Below, piece by piece: positions 61,301 to 64,000 of a DNA stretch of 64,000 nt (position 1 is its first letter; each line of letters opens with the position of its first letter). The notes under the pieces were generated by a model that was given only the letters and a program-made list of their open reading frames with translations, did not search any database and was not told the DNA's origin. Source of the DNA: Malacoraja senta (lineage: Eukaryota); contig JAXLNO010000335.1 of the NCBI GenBank assembly GCA_038087875.1, positions 1 through 64,000 on the forward strand. Direction: 5' to 3'. A program made the translations under genes and the position numbers.

Positions 61301-62700
61301 GTCTGTCTTTTCGATAAGAGGTATACCCTTGAATATTCAGTTCCCAGCCCTGGTCCTCTTGCAGCCATGTCTCTGTAATTCCCACAACATCATACTTGCC
61401 AGTTTCTAACTGAGCCTCAAGCTCGTCCACTTTATTTCTTATACTTCGCGCATTCATATACAACATTTTGACCTCAGAACTCACTTCCCCCCTCGCACCG
61501 CTCGCAATTGGCCCTGACCTTACTCTCTTATTGCTTCTAGAACTTTCCCTCCCATTAATTCGAGAATCTTTTGTATTTTTTCCTGTACTCGCTTCCCCTT
61601 CAACTCCATCTTTATACTCCCAATTTGTCAACCACTCCCCCCCACTATTTAGTTTAAACCCACACGTGTAGCCCTAGCAAACCTGCCTGCCAGAACGTTG
61701 GTCCCCCTCCAGTTAAGGTGTAACCCGTCCCTTTTGTACAGGTCACCCCTACCCCAGAAGAGATCCCAGTGGTCTATAAATCTAAATCCTTGCTCCCTGC
61801 ACCAGCCCCTCAGCCACACATTCAGATCCCCTATCTCCCTGTTCCTGTCCTCACTAGCACGTGGTACTGTAAGCAATCCAGAGATAACCATCCTAGAAGT
61901 CCGGACTTTCAGTCTTCTTCCCAACTCTCTGAACTCATGTTGGAGAACCTCCTTCCTCTTCTTCCCGATGTCGTTTGTGCCTACGTGCACAACTACTGCC
62001 GGCTGTTCACCTTCTCTTTCTCTCTCGAGGATGTTCTGAATTCGGCTCGTGACATCCTGAACCCTGGCACCAGGGAGGCAACAGACCATCCTCGCATCTC
62101 GTCTGCCGCCACAGAATCTCCTGTCTGTTCCTCAGACAATGGAGTCACCCACCACTAGGGCTCTGCACGATGTCGGTCGAGTCCCATCTCTAGGATTGGA
62201 GCCACCGACGTGTCCGCCGCTCGGACTGGAAACATCGTCTCTCCCAAGAGTTCCCAAGAGGGCGTACCTGTTTTCATTAGGCACAGCCACCAGGGGCTTC
62301 TGCACTCCACGGTTACCACCCTTTCTCTGAGTCACACACCTTGGTTCTTTCCGTAACCTCGGCGTGACTACCTCACTGTCGGTCCTGTCCAGGAAACTCT
62401 CGTTTTCCCAGATGGCCCTGAGGTCATCCAGCTGCTTCTCCGGTGCTCCAACGCGGTCCTTCAGGAGCTGAAGCTGGACGCACTTGCAGCAGCCAGAGGC
62501 TCCATCCGTGTCCCTGGGCTACCACATTCTGCAAGCCTCACACTGTCTCATCTGCCCCGACATGTGTTCACCGCATCCCATCCTCTCCAGCTTTATGCGT
62601 AGCCTCCTCTCCTCAGCCTCCTCGCCAAAGACTCGCACTTTACTCACAAGGCCGCTCCCTCACTGCCGCTCCCTCGGAGCAGCCTTGCTTATATTGACTG
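58373..62700 (-). mobile_element. Near full-length CR1 LINE (ORF1 zinc finger plus SGNH esterase; ORF2 APE-RT), decayed
   Basis: ORF1 from about 62563: CEACRMW..CKC, VVGDSIV, LPGARV, HVGTND, DGLHLN. ORF2: YMNARSIRNK, GITETW, GDFN, then RT motifs. (CTATTGT)n tail. 5' end approximate. Confidence 0.92.
60830..60987 (-). mobile_element. Short poly(A)-tailed retro-insertion with 17-bp TSD
   Basis: TACAAAGTCCCTTTCTT at 60813-60829 and 60988-61004; poly-T on + at the left end; interrupts the CR1 endonuclease region. Confidence 0.85.
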
Positions 62701-62904
62701 ATAAATTGCCTAATTTACCAATTTACAAACCAAATTCCTCAGTTTTAAACTGTTTTTCCCCTGTGACTTACTCGCCTTTCCCATGGGTTTCAGCCAATAA
62801 GCTCTTCTCCCTGCTTCTCTTTGATTGCTGCTTGCCCAAGATCCACGTCAGCACTGGGCTACGTTTCTGTCCACCTTCGATTTTTCCAGCATCTGCAGTA
62901 CTGC

Positions 62905-64000
62905 CTTAAAGTAGAGAGTTTACTGATTTTACTTTGGAGTCACGTGAGTGACTACGTGAAGAAACCCGCCAGAGTGCCTGCGCGTCATTACGTCAGACGC
63001 CTTGACGCAAACGAGACGCGCGGAGCAGAGCTCCTCTAGTGGAATTGTAGTTTTTCAACTACAAGGTAAGTAGAAACTTTTTTCAAGTATATCCAGGTCC
63101 GTTTACTGTGAGTCTGTGGGGATTTTTTCCACAGACGCCATGGAAAAAACGGGCAAGGGGAAGAGGCGAGCGACTCAGCCGACAGAAAGTCGGGAGATTG
63201 CGGTTAGCGACCGACCGCCTCTAACCCCGGTACAGTCGCCAGCGGAGAGTGTAGCGACTGTGGACCTGGGGCTGGTGAGAACACAGTCAGCGCCTGTCGG
63301 GCGTAAGGCCAAGTTTAAATCCAGACGGCCCACGGACGAGGAGTCCCAGGCAATGGAAGTAGCTCCAGGGCTAGATACCGCTTTTGAGCGGATTGCCCAG
63401 ATGGAAAGCCTTGTACATAGGCTGTTGGAGCGAAGCACACTCAGGGAGGAGTGTAGTGAAACCCAAGCTACTGAAAGCAGCTCAACAGCTCCTGGTACAG
63501 GGCTGATGGAATGCACCCTCGGGGATGAGGAGCGTGCCACGGGTCATGAGAGTTCAGACCCCGACTCTGACGGTGAGGCTGTACAAGGCGAAGAACGGCA
63601 GCTGGCAGATGTTCCACCCCTGGCAGTACGATTCGCTGCCCCGTCAGGGTCAGGAGAGCCATTAGGAGAAGAATTGGCCTCCCTAATAAATTACTTGGTT
63701 TCCCATCAGCTGGAACAGCAGGAGATGGATGAGACTGCAAGAAAGCATGAGACCCCAAGTAACTGTGTGTTGCTGAAAGCACCAGCAGTGAATCAAATCA
63801 TCTGGAATCAGTTGAGTATGACTATGAGAACTCAAGAAGTGAAATTGCAGAGAATATTAAAGCTGCTGGGTTCTGGAATAACTGCTATTGCCAGAATAGC
63901 GGATAAAAGCCAAGAGATGACGGAGTTGCATCAGGAAGCACTGGGGTTGCTATGCAGCACACACTTCGAGATCAATTGTCTGAGGAAGAGTGCTATACGG
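62905..64000 (+). mobile_element. 5' end of a DIRS-like (tyrosine-recombinase) retrotransposon; gag-like ORF from 63140 runs off the window
   Basis: Uninterrupted 287-codon ORF from ATG 63140 with PSNCVLLKAPAVNQIIWNQL...R.QEVKLQRI, resembling DIRS1 Gag. RT and tyrosine recombinase are not visible in the window. Confidence 0.65.

Overview
Repeat-dense vertebrate genomic DNA, most likely an elasmobranch (skate/ray/shark), judged from abundant HE1/V-SINE-type tRNA SINEs and their partner CR1 LINEs. Two convergent spliced genes can be rebuilt by hand. On + there is a TSSK5-like testis-specific Ser/Thr kinase (7 coding exons, 1188-14299; the N-terminal exon lies upstream of the window). On - there is HGH1 (6 coding exons, 36287-22106, about 378 aa), with a probable non-coding first exon and a CCAAT/GC/ETS/ZNF143 promoter near 38 kb. 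Three exons each lack one base in a short G/C run, which most likely reflects consensus errors rather than pseudogenisation. The rest is nested mobile DNA: CR1 (one near full length, with an SGNH-esterase ORF1), Tx1/L1-clade LINEs, RTE, Rex1/L2 fragments, Penelope-like elements, a Gypsy relic, hAT and PIF/Harbinger MITEs, a composite Helitron and the 5' end of a DIRS-like element. The most interesting signals are (i) a very abundant Penelope-derived terminal repeat carrying a minimal hammerhead-ribozyme motif, often as stand-alone head-to-head hairpins, (ii) Tx1 insertions into minisatellites, one next to the HGH1 promoter, and (iii) a tandem Helitron cleanly inserted at an A|T site. I found no clear evidence of a wholly new protein-coding system. 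All family assignments come from motif recognition, not database searches.
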